DNA of 64,000 nt. It comes from Botryllus schlosseri (taxonomy: Eukaryota). The position numbers were made by a program, and so were the translations under genes. Shown piece by piece: positions 52,717-64,000 of the stretch. Within the stretch, counting starts at the first letter, position 1; each line of letters opens with the position of its first letter. Below the pieces are notes generated by a model. It saw only the letters and a list, made by a program, of their open reading frames with translations. It was not told the DNA's origin and made no database searches. Location: NCBI GenBank assembly GCA_051294905.1, contig CM119372.1, forward strand, positions 30,940,001-31,004,000, in the 5' to 3' direction.

Positions 52717-54511
52717 TTCTGAAACACGCACTAACTGTACAGTACACAGCTGAAGCAAGATTGTACTGTTTGAGGACATTGTATGATGTTCGTGTCTTTA
52801 TATCCATACTTTCTTTTTAATTCGTGCGTTAATATGCCTCATTATGTTTTTTGGTAATATTTCTTCTTCATAGATAGTGGTCGATGGTGAACTTTGGACG
52901 CCTGTCGATGCGATGCTGTAATCTAGGTACGTGCAGTGAGATAAACATATCGATTTGTACGCGTAAAGCTCTTTTGTGGTCGTGGATGTCGCGGTCTTGT
53001 TAGTCAGGGCCGGTGTCACGCTGTGACTCGGTGAGACGTGGGGCTGGCGAAAAGTACTACGCGCGCATTTCTGAATTTTTGAATGGAAAAATAAAGAATG
53101 CCGTCTGTTCTGTAATCGATATCGAGTGACAGTCTTTATGAAACTCTGTTGTGACGTAATAAGGATTTATCTCGGGAACAATACTCCATGATATTAGTAA
53201 TTGATGACGTAGTGTTTGACTGAATTAGTCTCCGTATCATAAACAAAACACTTACGTGGGGTGACCATTGACCGCCAATTCGATTTTCCAATGAGCTGGT
53301 CGGTATTCGGGGTAGAGTTGGTCAGAAACGGAGTACTTTTTCGGAGCACTAGACTGGCTACCTCTACTTCTACTTGAGCAGCAACGCTGACTGCGCTGGC
53401 CACCTCTGATTCGAATTGCCCGTTTTTCGTCTTGGAGGACAACTTCCCAAAAGTTTGAAATAGACAGATTCATAATTGGGTTGGATGGCCATTCCGCCGA
53501 TTCTATACATTGAAATGATCCGGTTCTGTAACCGAAATACCCGACTCGAATCAGTGACTTACAAATTTCGAGTAACCAAAATGCTTAACCTTAGTCGTTT
53601 GATAGTGGTATTTACGGCTGGTATTCCATAGACTAGCCAACGATGTAATCTGAAGTATGCAGACTAAATACAGATTGCGACGAACATAATGCGTGATAAT
53701 CACCCTGGTAACGATTGTCAATCCGATTATGTTCAGTTAACGCAACCAGATACTGAAATAATGGGTAGGTAAGTGTGTTAAGGCGCTAAAAGTGGTTTCC
53801 GCCGTGACTTCCGCCATTTGATGGTGACAATAATATTTAATCAGGTACGTGGAATAGAACCATGCGTGATGCGACCTTAACATCCGCCACTTAGCATATG
53901 CGACTAAGGTTGTATGATTGGGGCATTGGAATCTGAATCGAGCACTGAAACCTCAATTATTCGTGTCGCAACAAACCAGAATGGCTGCGCACGTTGGTTA
54001 GAGTGACACATCTGTGGAGTCGTGATCAACCCACATCATTTTTACAAAGCGCAATGAACTATGCAACCCCGGGTGTCAAACAAGCGGTAGAAGTATTAAG
54101 TAGGAGTGTAGGATGTAAAGTGCGAAAGTATCACCGTCAACGACCCTAAGTTGACCCAAGTATGGCAAATTTAAAAGACAAGTTTAAATTGTTTACATTT
54201 TTCCGCTTGAGTGATCTCAAAATTAGGGAATTTTTGAACGGTCATATATATTTTGTTCTAGTTGACCGAATATGATGAAATTTATTTTCCTGAAATCATA
54301 AAATGAAGTTTTGTAAGCATGTCGTACCAATTTTCATGAAATTCCGAGATAGTGGGTGACATGGCCTGGATCAACTGACATGGAATGACTCAGGCATCGT
54401 CGAAAGAAGTCTAATCTTCTGTGGACCTGGTATTATATTATTTGTGGCTGAATCAACGGTACATGTTTGAAATTCTCGCATGTTCCGTACTGGTATGACG
54501 TCGTAATAAGC

Positions 54512-54994
54512 CAGGGTCGGGCAACTTCTCCAGGCGGCGGGCCGGATATCGGTAAATGACGTACTTGGCGGGCCGGATTCCTAGTAATCGTGTATTTATC
54601 CACCTATACAATTTTACCTATGCCTATGCAATATTTTATACACCTATGAAATCGTATATAATGTGAATTTTAAGTTGAAACATGACTTTAGTACCGTATT
54701 ATACTTCAATGAGATCTGTACTCGATCAAAGTTGTCGACAAGTTATTTGAACTCCAGTTGCATGTCGGACGTAGAAACCCTTGGTACAGACTGCACGTGA
54801 GCATTAGTTAAATTGGAACGCAGCTTTGTCTATTCATTTGCATGGTCGACAATTTTTGCTCGCAAATGTAAGTAGACACGAACAGAACAAGTAGTTTCAT
54901 GGCCAACTTTCTCCAGCCACATTATCTTGTAAGACCGGGAAATCTCTGCGGGCCGCTTAAAATATCTTCGCGGGCCGTATGTTGCCAGTCCCTG
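54512..54994. mobile_element. hAT (Charlie-type) MITE
   Basis: Ends CAGGGTCGGGCAAC / GTTGCCAGTCCCTG; TSD TAATAAGC / TGATAAGC (7/8). Confidence 0.85.
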
Positions 54995-55689
54995 TGATAA
55001 GCGATACTCTGATTCTCAACTCGAGTCGAAGCCTATAATACTCGATTCATAATCGAATCACCCAGGTACTCGATATTGTCAAGTCCTATATGCGACAAGT
55101 CGGTAAGATTAGGGATAAGGTTGGGTTAGGATTCGTTTTATAGGTTTAGAATGACACATGCGAAAGTTTCGTTATACTGTCGTTTTTCAATGGCGCACGA
55201 TCAAAAGTTGGCTGCGATTTAGACGAATAAATGAAGTCTAGGCCTGGAGATGGCGTCTGGAACTGTAACATCTCGGATACTATTCATGGTGATGAATGAA
55301 GCGGCGCGCAACCTTGCTGATAGCGATCGTTGTGGATCGAAACACGTATTCGGGCGATAACGTCTCAAGTGTAGAATCTAATAATTCTCGTCCAAATAAA
55401 TACGCGGAAGTTACTGACGTATTGACGTGTGCCGCTGTAAAATCAGGACATCGGAATATAAAATTCAAGTTGCGCCACCTGGCACACGACTCGGTATTAC
55501 AACTGGAGAGCGGAGATGGGATGTATAGTCGGTAAATCATATATGCTTGGCTCATTGTTTATAAATAAACACGATGGCGTACATAACACCCACCTAAATT
55601 ATCGGCACGGATCTTATACGAAGTATCTAACATGTTGCCAGCCCTTATCCGTTGCAACGGAATACCGATTAGGAATGGGCGCAATGATT

Positions 55690-56104
55690 CGAGTGGGGTG
55701 GTGAGAGATTATTTTGTTTCGAGTTCTGAAATTATACTCTTTTACCGCTAATAGTTTATAAAGCAATGAGAAATCGTAGTTTCGATGCCATTACCCACTG
55801 TGAAAGCCACAACATACCAAACATGTAGCCTAGTAGAGAGTCACGCGCGGTGATGGAAATGACGTGTCTGCAGAGTCGCAATTAACATACGGTATTGTCA
55901 CATAGTGCAATAAAATAGGTCGAGAAAATACTAAATTAACTTCAATGTGATGTAGAATTACAATTATTTTCTTCGTGGTCGCATAGAAGTTTCATATTTG
56001 AACTTCCCGCGTCTTTCATCCACGAGTGACATCATTATGAGTGGTAGGCTACTCGAATATTCGACAGAATCGACTCTCTCAGATACTCGATATTGCCCAG
56101 CCTT
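55690..56104 (-). mobile_element. Decayed inverted copy of the 30267/59198 MITE family
   Basis: Ends ..ACTCGATATTGCCCAGCCTTA; internal sequence is a diverged reverse complement of 59198-59712. Confidence 0.6.
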
Positions 56105-57193
56105 AATACGATGTTACTGGCCGTAAACGCTATGCAATAGCGGGCGGCTTTCAATCTGTATTACCCGATAGTGCTTATGTCAGTTGAAAAGTTGAGCAAT
56201 AAGCATTAATGAGCAAATTGAGCAATGAGCATATTCATTGTCCAAATTACTTTGGAAATAATTATGATTTCCGGATGATTGATGAATAGTAGCTTTCATA
56301 GCTAGTGCAGTACGTGGGTGTTTCTGCAGTGTGTCTAACTTACTGGTATTTCGCACGTTTTTCAACGACCCGGAAACTCGGTTGGAGCGGGACGCACTCT
56401 TGCTTGATCTACAATTGCAAATTTTGGGCCCGACTCCTCAACCCGTTGAAACACTGGCCTCATTGTGACCCCAAAAAGTCGCATCTCGACCAGGTTCATC
56501 AATTGTTCACTCACTCATCAGAAAGTGAGCTGCCGAGCTAATTTCGAAAATTGTAGTCTGTTCTGAGTCGGACACATTCAATACTTGTTCCGCCTGTAGT
56601 GCCATCGAGTCCCTCCCCTTCCGATTAAAAAAATAAAAGTAAATAATAAAAAAATATGCTCTTTCGTTTTACCGCACATACTACAAATCATGGATTTCGA
56701 CATACTAATACTAATTACAATACTGCATTTAATTGTAAAGCGCTGCCAATAACAACCACGATTAGAGTTATAAGATAGCACAGATACTGACAAGATGAAT
56801 CGATTTCGCGCGGAGTGACGACAGCAATTAAAAGGGCCATTTCTACCCCATTAAAACAACAACAGTACGCACTACGCATGTCGCTTAACAGCAAATCGCA
56901 AGTGAAGTTAATCAGTGCAGCGTTCCGAAGTGCGCACTCCAAAGACAATTACTATTTCTTATTGGCGTATATAAGTGTTCGCAGAAGGCATCACGCGATT
57001 TACATGCCGCCGGGTCTCATTAGCGGCGTAGTGGACGATTATATCCAGTATGTTAAACGGGTGGACCCAAGATTGCCTTTGTTTCTACAGCACATCGGCG
57101 GTATATAGTCACCCTTCTTTGGGGATAATCCTTACTGACGCGAAAGGTAGTTAAGCCTGCTCCCGTACAGTAAGAGATACTATACGCGACCGA

Positions 57194-57477
57194 ATGGACC
57201 GGCCCGCAGCCGAAATAATCGAATTCGTTCGGTTCGAACCTAATCGAATACAAGCTTTGGACTATGTCGTGGTGGGACGGGCGGAGTCCCCGCAGGAGTC
57301 AGTTTTGGGGAGGTTACTGTCCGGCGGGCGCGCGCATGCGCGGAAGTACTTTGCCGACGTGGAGAGGTTGCAAGATAACTTCGTCTTCGTCCCGGCTTTT
57401 GTTGTTTTTCTTTGCTTTGCGTTGTCGTACTTCAAGGGCGTGCTGGAGGGCGTGTCCCGAAACGGAAAATGTCAGAA
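57194..57477 (+). CDS. TMEM181: Candidate alternative first coding exon of TMEM181
   Basis: GC3-rich open frame, acceptor cccgtacag at 57170, donor GAA|gtaaga in phase 2 joining exon 61059 in frame (..GKCQK-SIQMRLY); includes a hydrophobic segment FVFVPAFVVFLCFALSYF. Confidence 0.5.
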
Positions 57478-59197
57478 GTAAGATATGCTGTAATGATTTG
57501 CGGTGGTAACGTTGATAAAGGGCGTGGAGATGGATTTTTTGCGTATCTAACTATATGTAATGTATCTAGAATGGAGTGATGGTTAGCAGCCAATCCGTCA
57601 CTTGTTGAATGTAACATTTTTGGAAATGAAATAACTGTTATCAATCGGTATGAAAGCGATGCATCAATATTGTATCAATGAATTCGACAATGAATTTTTT
57701 TCACTGAGCATGAATTGTGGAATACGGCTCCAGGTGAATTCGGTATGTAGAATTCGTGACACCGCACTTGGTATGTATGTAGTGATGTGTTCGGGTTAGG
57801 GTTAGGGACGGAGTAAGAGCATAGAAACATTTCACAAATTCGATTACCGGCTTTCATTCTTACTTGACAATTAGAATTACCGGTATCTAGTTTTCCAAAT
57901 CTGCATTGACCGTAGATATTCCACAGTGACATATTGATGTTTGATAGGGCGGAATTGATGGCTTCAGCAGTCTTCTGTGAACTGGTACGTGCGGAGTCTC
58001 GTGTATGTTTAAATTGTTCCTTGCTCAATGTTCATTTTCAGTGTTGACCCGTTATTGAATCCGAATAAATTCACGAAACCACCGTACCGTTTAGGACGGA
58101 GCATGGACCGGATCCGGATTGGATATCTGACGGACTTTTTCATTTTTAACCAGAGCCGGATCAGTACTTTTTCTGATACGGCCGGAGGCGGATCGGGGTC
58201 GGACCAGAGAATTGAAAAACAGGATCGTAGTCGGACAAGAGAATTTGTCGATCCGCTCCGGACTAATCTCTAGTATAGTTGCGTCACACTTGACGCGTTA
58301 GGCGGTCAATTACGCGCATTGTTTATGACAGTTGTCCGACTACGGTACTCTATTTGAAATCCGTTATTATGCATGACATCATTTATGACTTCAGGATCAT
58401 GTCATCGTGTTAGCGTGACATGATCGCGTCGATTGCCGAGTGCCAACCACGCCAGTTATTTTATAGCATTTAGTAGTGGATGGCACATCGGAAATGTTGT
58501 GGAAGTTCCGGCAGTGTGCTGTGTCGTGATTTCCATCGACAATCCGAAGTTGGTCACCAAACCGTATCAAATACCCTCTCGAATGTCACATCACCCAGCA
58601 TTTAGACGTAGGAAGCATGTCAGGAATCCATATTGAGATCGAATATTTCAGACTGACCTTTTCCCTGGTTGGCGGTTGAGCTTTATCTTAATGAGAATCA
58701 AACACGGTTTGACGGCAAAGTTGCCGGCCACGACGGGCGATCCCTACTAAACTTAATTAAATGAATCTGCATTCTCGGCGGATGTGTCGAGATTTCTTGT
58801 GATTGTGTTTAATATTGGAGACTATTATTTATAAATTACTCTTGCTACCACTATTCAAACACATTGTGCTGACACGCCTTGATGGTCTTGATCTTACAAA
58901 ACCGTCAAGATACGTTGTAGGCGTGATTCATAATAAAACTCCATGCGTCCGGCGTGCAGTAGAGATAGGAAATTCAGCATTGTTTCGAATTTGAACTTGT
59001 GATGTTAGCCAAGTCGCTGTGCGATTTTAATTAAGCTTGGAATTTCTACTGATTTTTAGTTGTCAATTAGACTTCAAACGAATTAGAGTCGGTAACAGGG
59101 TTGGACTTGTATTTGGTTGTAACGTGGAGATATTTCAAGGTTAGGATTCGGAAATGTTAAATCCGCCCGCCGGCGTTGGCCGTTAATATCTTAACAC

Positions 59198-59712
59198 TAG
59201 GGCTGGGCAAAATCGAGTATCTGAGTGATTCGATTCTGAATCACGTAAAATGCTTCGAGTCGAGTCGAGTATTCGAGTATCACTCATTATGGCGTCACAG
59301 CAGAATGTACTATGTCAAAGTTCAAATATGCCCCTTTTATGCTAACACGAAGAACATAATGCCTGTTATCCGTCACATTAACGATACTTCGGTATTTTTT
59401 CGTCCATACCGATTTCATTACACTTCTTGACAATGTTGTGGGATGATCGTGACTTCGGAAATGTGTTATTTCCAGTAACGTTCGTACCTTTGTACTATGT
59501 CTCTTATGCTACGATACGGCCAATCAAGGTTTCAAGGCTTCAAAAGTGGAAAATAGTATCAAACCAATAATTTTCGTTAGCAAATTAACTTTCAGTTGCG
59601 AGGAGCGTATAATTTCAGTACTCGAAAAAATCGTCTTCTACTACTCGACTCGAATCATTAAAATTAATACTCGATTCAGATTCGAGTACTCGAATCATTG
59701 TGCCCAGCCCTA
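59198..59712 (+). mobile_element. hAT (Ac-type) MITE, family copy 2
   Basis: TIRs TAGGGCTGGGCAAAAT / ATTGTGCCCAGCCCTA; perfect TSD CTTAACAC. Confidence 0.94.
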
Positions 59713-61058
59713 CTTAACACCTCACATTCTCAAGCCTGCTATGTAATCCTTGTTGATCATTCACTTATCACGCCATTGAGAGTCATCCGCGTGCCCAGGG
59801 TGTTAGCGCGATTTGGTTAGCAGACCGCCGGAAATTGCGAATTGCTAATGGTACCGCGTCTCGTGTCGCTAATGTTCAATGCCGGCGCTTGCGATTGTTG
59901 TGCACTTTCGGCTGCCCACGAAGTCCCGTGTAGCTTCATTTTCAGGCCCTCTATTTGTGACGTGGACCTACTTACTCTCTCCAAGTGTTGCATTCACACT
60001 TTACCTAAAAATACACGCTTGCTTTTAATGCCCTTTAGCACAGTCTTATCGAAAAGATCCAGCACTCATGGTATGCATGTGCTCATACCGTGTGTATCTA
60101 TATAATGAGTCGGTGTAAATGCAGCGAAAACAGCAAGGACAAAAAATAGACTACGTCCATTGAGCTGAAGGGGTGCTCATGCTGTTGATCAGGTCTCCCA
60201 CTCTCGGAAACTTAGGTTTGGAAGATTTGTAGAGTGTGGCGTCACGGCGCGAAATCCGATGCACTCAATTCATGGCTATATTGACGAACTAATGATATTA
60301 CTTAGCCACCCGTCACTATTTTTCTCGCCAAGCCATCGTCGGCATTCTTTTGTTGTGTAGCAAGGGTGTGAGAGTTATTTCCGCCACCCACCCCCTCACA
60401 CGATTGGAAGCAACTCACTAACGCAATAACGAATCGAAAGGTCACCACATTTGAACACTCAGCATGATTACTCACACCAAGTAATTTGTCATTGCTTACC
60501 CTCTCGCAAGGCGCGTAATTACAATGATAACACTAACTATGTTATACAACATACTGCCGACGAGGGGGAAAGATAACCGTCAGTACGTAGAGTCACGTCT
60601 GTTGGTCACAAATGTCGGGTGATAACATTGCTTTGAAATAATGGAATGAAAGGGAAACGATAATTTTAAACTGTGATCGTGTTTTAAATGCGGTTGTATG
60701 AGGTTTTGATCTGTTAGGATTTCATCTTGATTGTGGCGATGTATAGGATGCGTGATAACTAGCTGGTAGATATCAATCGCATTATTCTTATCCTGCTGTG
60801 TTTATGGTTAATTCAGAGTGCATGCACCCTTCAGATGTGTAAAATTGCTTATGGTGTCAAAATACTTGATATATGTTATGGTAAATTCGGCGATTCATTC
60901 GTCGGTTATATACTTCTTTTGTTGATATCATAAGAGGGATTTACAATCGCCGACGGCTATATTTAAGACGATTTCATGACCTCACCTGTTGTTGGGTTTA
61001 ATGATTATGTCGATTTGATTTATGGAAGCTGTTTTACTGAAGTTTTCTTTTGTTTCAG

Positions 61059-61162
61059 GTCAATTCAAATGCGGCTTTACACTCTGACGAAGCGGCAGTT
61101 TGCGATGGTCTTCGTGGTGTTCTTTTCATCGTTTCTTCTCACTGTTCTGATCGGACTGGCAG
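61059..61162 (+). CDS. TMEM181: TMEM181 (GPR178) exon encoding the first conserved TM segment
   Basis: tttcag|G TCA ATT CAA ATG ... GCA G|gtactg encodes SIQMRLYTLTKRQFAMVFVVFFSSFLLTVLIGLAG, closely matching TMEM181 MRLYTLSKRHFVLVFVVFF.CF.LT...G..G. Confidence 0.92.
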
Positions 61163-62288
61163 GTACTGCACAATCGTAACTAACGAGTTATTCGGCACTT
61201 ATAAATACTATGTGGGGCACTCGACTTAGATGGCAAATTCGCTGACTGCCACCTTGACGTGAGATGTGGCCATGAAGCGCGTTCGTAAATGAATTGGCTT
61301 ACGAGCAGAAGGGTAGTAACACGCAAAAGAAACTGCGTAGTTCTGGCGTCGAGCACTGCGTATGATGAAATGGTGTGTTGGATATGACAACAATAATTGG
61401 TGAATGAATCAAAATTCGAATCATTAATAGAATGCGCCCAAAAGCACACATCTTATAAGCCACCACTACTGTATTTGTTTTATAGCTGGTTCGTGGTACA
61501 GAACTTGAAGATAGCTTTCAATACAACATCCATTGTAGCAAAATATTTATTCAACTCGAAGAATTTTCGGGTGGCTCTTTTCAAGTTTTTTGTAAAAGTC
61601 AGAGGCAGGCACAATAGTCATCAATGGTACTCAAGTAGAAGTTGAAATAACGTCACAAATTTTTATTCAGTACAGGTATAAATATGGATGTTAAAAGTAG
61701 GCTAGTTCATAAAGTAGACATGGTCAAGGTATCGTTCCTTTAGTAGTCTTTCGAAGGTGCAAGATGCATCTAATGCAAAATGGATAATTCCACTACAAAT
61801 TATGAAATGTGCGAAAATATATTCAGTTACCGTAATACAGCGGCTATTCCGCCCGCTCGTTATGAGGATTTCACTCGTAATTGTAATGGGAACATCCCGA
61901 AACTAATTTCCACTTTACAAAATCTGAAGCTTAAAAGTAAGTAGTAATTGTTTGGTGGAATTGGCGTATTAAAAAAAATAGAACAGCTGACTACAAGCAC
62001 TCTGAAAGATTAAAACTACTTCGTCATGGACCATCTCAGGTAAAAGTGTACGTGAATCTACAGGACCACAGACAAAATTGTATTAATATGGAGCTATCAA
62101 TTGAATTGCAAGTCATATTGGACAAGGCCAGGCGTACCCAACCTTTTATACAACGCGGCTCCCTTTGAAAATTTTAAAAACTAAACGCCACCCGCTTATC
62201 ATGTTAAAACCTTTAAAAAAATCAGAAAAACATCGTATATACAGTTATCGTGTATACAGTTATAGTGGATTGGACATAGGTTATAGAC

Positions 62289-63362
62289 CAGGGGTTCACA
62301 GCCATTTGTTGGCTGTGGCCCATTTTACGGTTTGAAAATGTTCTGTGGCCCACCTCTTTTCAAGTCATAGTGCATTTCAATGTGTGGGAGGCTAATCGCC
62401 GCCGATATGGCTATTTCTCTATAGTATACGTATTTTTCTTTTATTACTGTTAAGTGTTCATATTTAAATGTCGATTCGAGGGAACATGAAATCGCGCTGA
62501 CGAAAAATTTCAAGGTAAATAAATCCCCAACAGACACCCAACGAAATAATTATTTGCAACTCAGAGCTCTTCCAATTGAGGGTTAGGGGTGCGAAAGTTA
62601 CGGCCCTGCAATATCGTGTAACTCTTGCGTGCCTCCTCTGTTCCACTCAACTCGCGAAACCCATAATGATCCAATCTCTGCATTCACTGTGTGATTGGGG
62701 GCTCAATTCCACTCTGGGGGGGAATACTAAACCCATTCTGGGCCCGCTTCAAACAATTCTTTGATGAATGGGATACTACAGAGAAGTGGGGATTTTTTTT
62801 TGAATATGCTATTATTACAATGTAGGCCTACCTAGTATATGTCTTGTACCTTTTGAAGTCGCGATGTAATAATATCAAATCCAATGATACCACCAATTCG
62901 TGTGACTCTTACATTATGTACAGTGATTTCAAGGCCGGAGATTTGTAGACCGACGCCAAAGATTAATGTGCTGTGCCTACTTCTCAATCCATTATGACCC
63001 AGCCGGAATACTTGGATATTTCAGCATTAACTTTCAGTTATTATATCATCGAAATTATTTTCGATGCTGTTGGCCGGAGGTTGTCATTGCTGGGGGTACA
63101 AAAGCCGATATATCCCCACCCATTTCGACTTGTACATTCGTGACTCTATACGTACCACCAAGTCCCATCAGAGTTGGATAAAAAGCTTTATGTAGCATAC
63201 GTATAATTCAATAACATCAATATATATTTTTTAACATATGAACAAAAGAAAAATGCAACTAAACTTTCACGAATTCTACAATTTTCCAAACAGCTCTGTG
63301 GCCCACCCAAATTACTCCTGTGGCCCACTAGTGGGCCATGGCCCACCCTTTGAGAACCCCTG
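62289..63362. mobile_element. hAT (Charlie-type) MITE in TMEM181 intron
   Basis: Ends CAGGGGTTCACA / TGAGAACCCCTG; perfect TSD TTATAGAC; TGTGGCCC subterminal repeats. Confidence 0.92.
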
Positions 63363-63671
63363 TTATAGACAGAGGGTAAATTTAAAAGAATTAGCATTTT
63401 TCAAAATTTTTCATGGCCTCTGAAAAAGGCTCGTGGGGCCCCCTAGGTTGTCATGGCCGACATGTTGGGACTAGGCGTTACAAATTTCGTTTGTGACATC
63501 ACACTATTGGTATCATATTATATGGTAATTGCTGTAAATGTTGGATCCGTCTCAGATTATAAATTTTCCAGTATGCCGTTTGTACCGGTAATGTTGCGGT
63601 GGTGGTGGCTTATCTCAGAAATGAAATCCAACTCCGCGGTTCATGCATACATGTAAATTTGTGCTTTTCAG

Positions 63672-63727
63672 GTCCGAAAATTATAAACACGTCTACTGTC
63701 AACAACACTGCCGAAGTACATGATATA
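63672..63727 (+). CDS. TMEM181: TMEM181 next exon (gene continues beyond window)
   Basis: ttttcag|GT CCG AAA ... ATA|gtgagt encodes (G)PKIINTSTVNNTAEVHDI, in phase with the previous exon and matching TMEM181 GPKVIQTS. Confidence 0.88.
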
Positions 63728-64000
63728 GTGAGTGTCGTTTGCTTACTGTTTATATCTCCATGGTCACATGTCGCATACCTCTGGAATTCTTTGCTTCGAA
63801 GAAACAGCTCATTAATGAATCAACCTGTAACGCTTGGAACAACTTTACGTTGATTTGGTTTTGATATTTATAACCATGACAGACAGTGATATGTATCGGA
63901 GATTAGCATGGATTTGGATTGAAAAGAGGATTTGACGATTTTGGTTAAATTTGGATCAACTTCAGGTTTTTCATTTCATCGAAACTGCCTTTGCATCTCT

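Noticed and set aside
52717..52779. Extended N-terminus of the 287-aa FReD ORF
   Set aside because: A splice-acceptor-like tttcag precedes ATG 52716 and the signal peptide begins there.
57793..57808. GGGTTAGGGTTAGGG telomere-like repeat
   Set aside because: Only about two units; too short to call an interstitial telomere.
58080..58273. CCGGAT-rich segment and 81-aa ORF
   Set aside because: Looks like a solitary hAT end with subterminal repeats; no partner TIR or TSD found and no coding evidence.

Overview
Eukaryotic (animal) genomic DNA: AT-rich, with spliceosomal introns and very dense non-autonomous DNA transposons. An invertebrate deuterostome such as an ascidian is my guess, not something the sequence proves. 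Most ORFs in the track are spurious. Genic content: (1) two disabled exons of a GPX4/PHGPx-type glutathione peroxidase pseudogene (minus, 712-1590); (2) an intronless class A GPCR (minus, 13249-14299) with one homopolymer frameshift, whose stop codon now lies inside a hAT MITE; (3) the 5' part of TMEM181 (plus; exons 31809-32026, 61059-61162, 63672-63727, plus a candidate alternative first exon at 57194-57477); (4) an intronless secreted fibrinogen-related gene (minus, 51916-52716) nested in the ~29 kb TMEM181 intron. The rest is hAT MITEs with 8-bp TSDs (several nested), two hAT transposase remnants, P-like elements with 7-bp TSDs, a Harbinger-like MITE and an old LINE. The most unusual signals are a 25-bp hairpin insertion with its own TSD and abundant TA-GGCC-TA / TA-GCC-TA / TA-CAG-TA insertions that look like transposon excision footprints, one of which creates a nonsense codon in the GPX4 copy.
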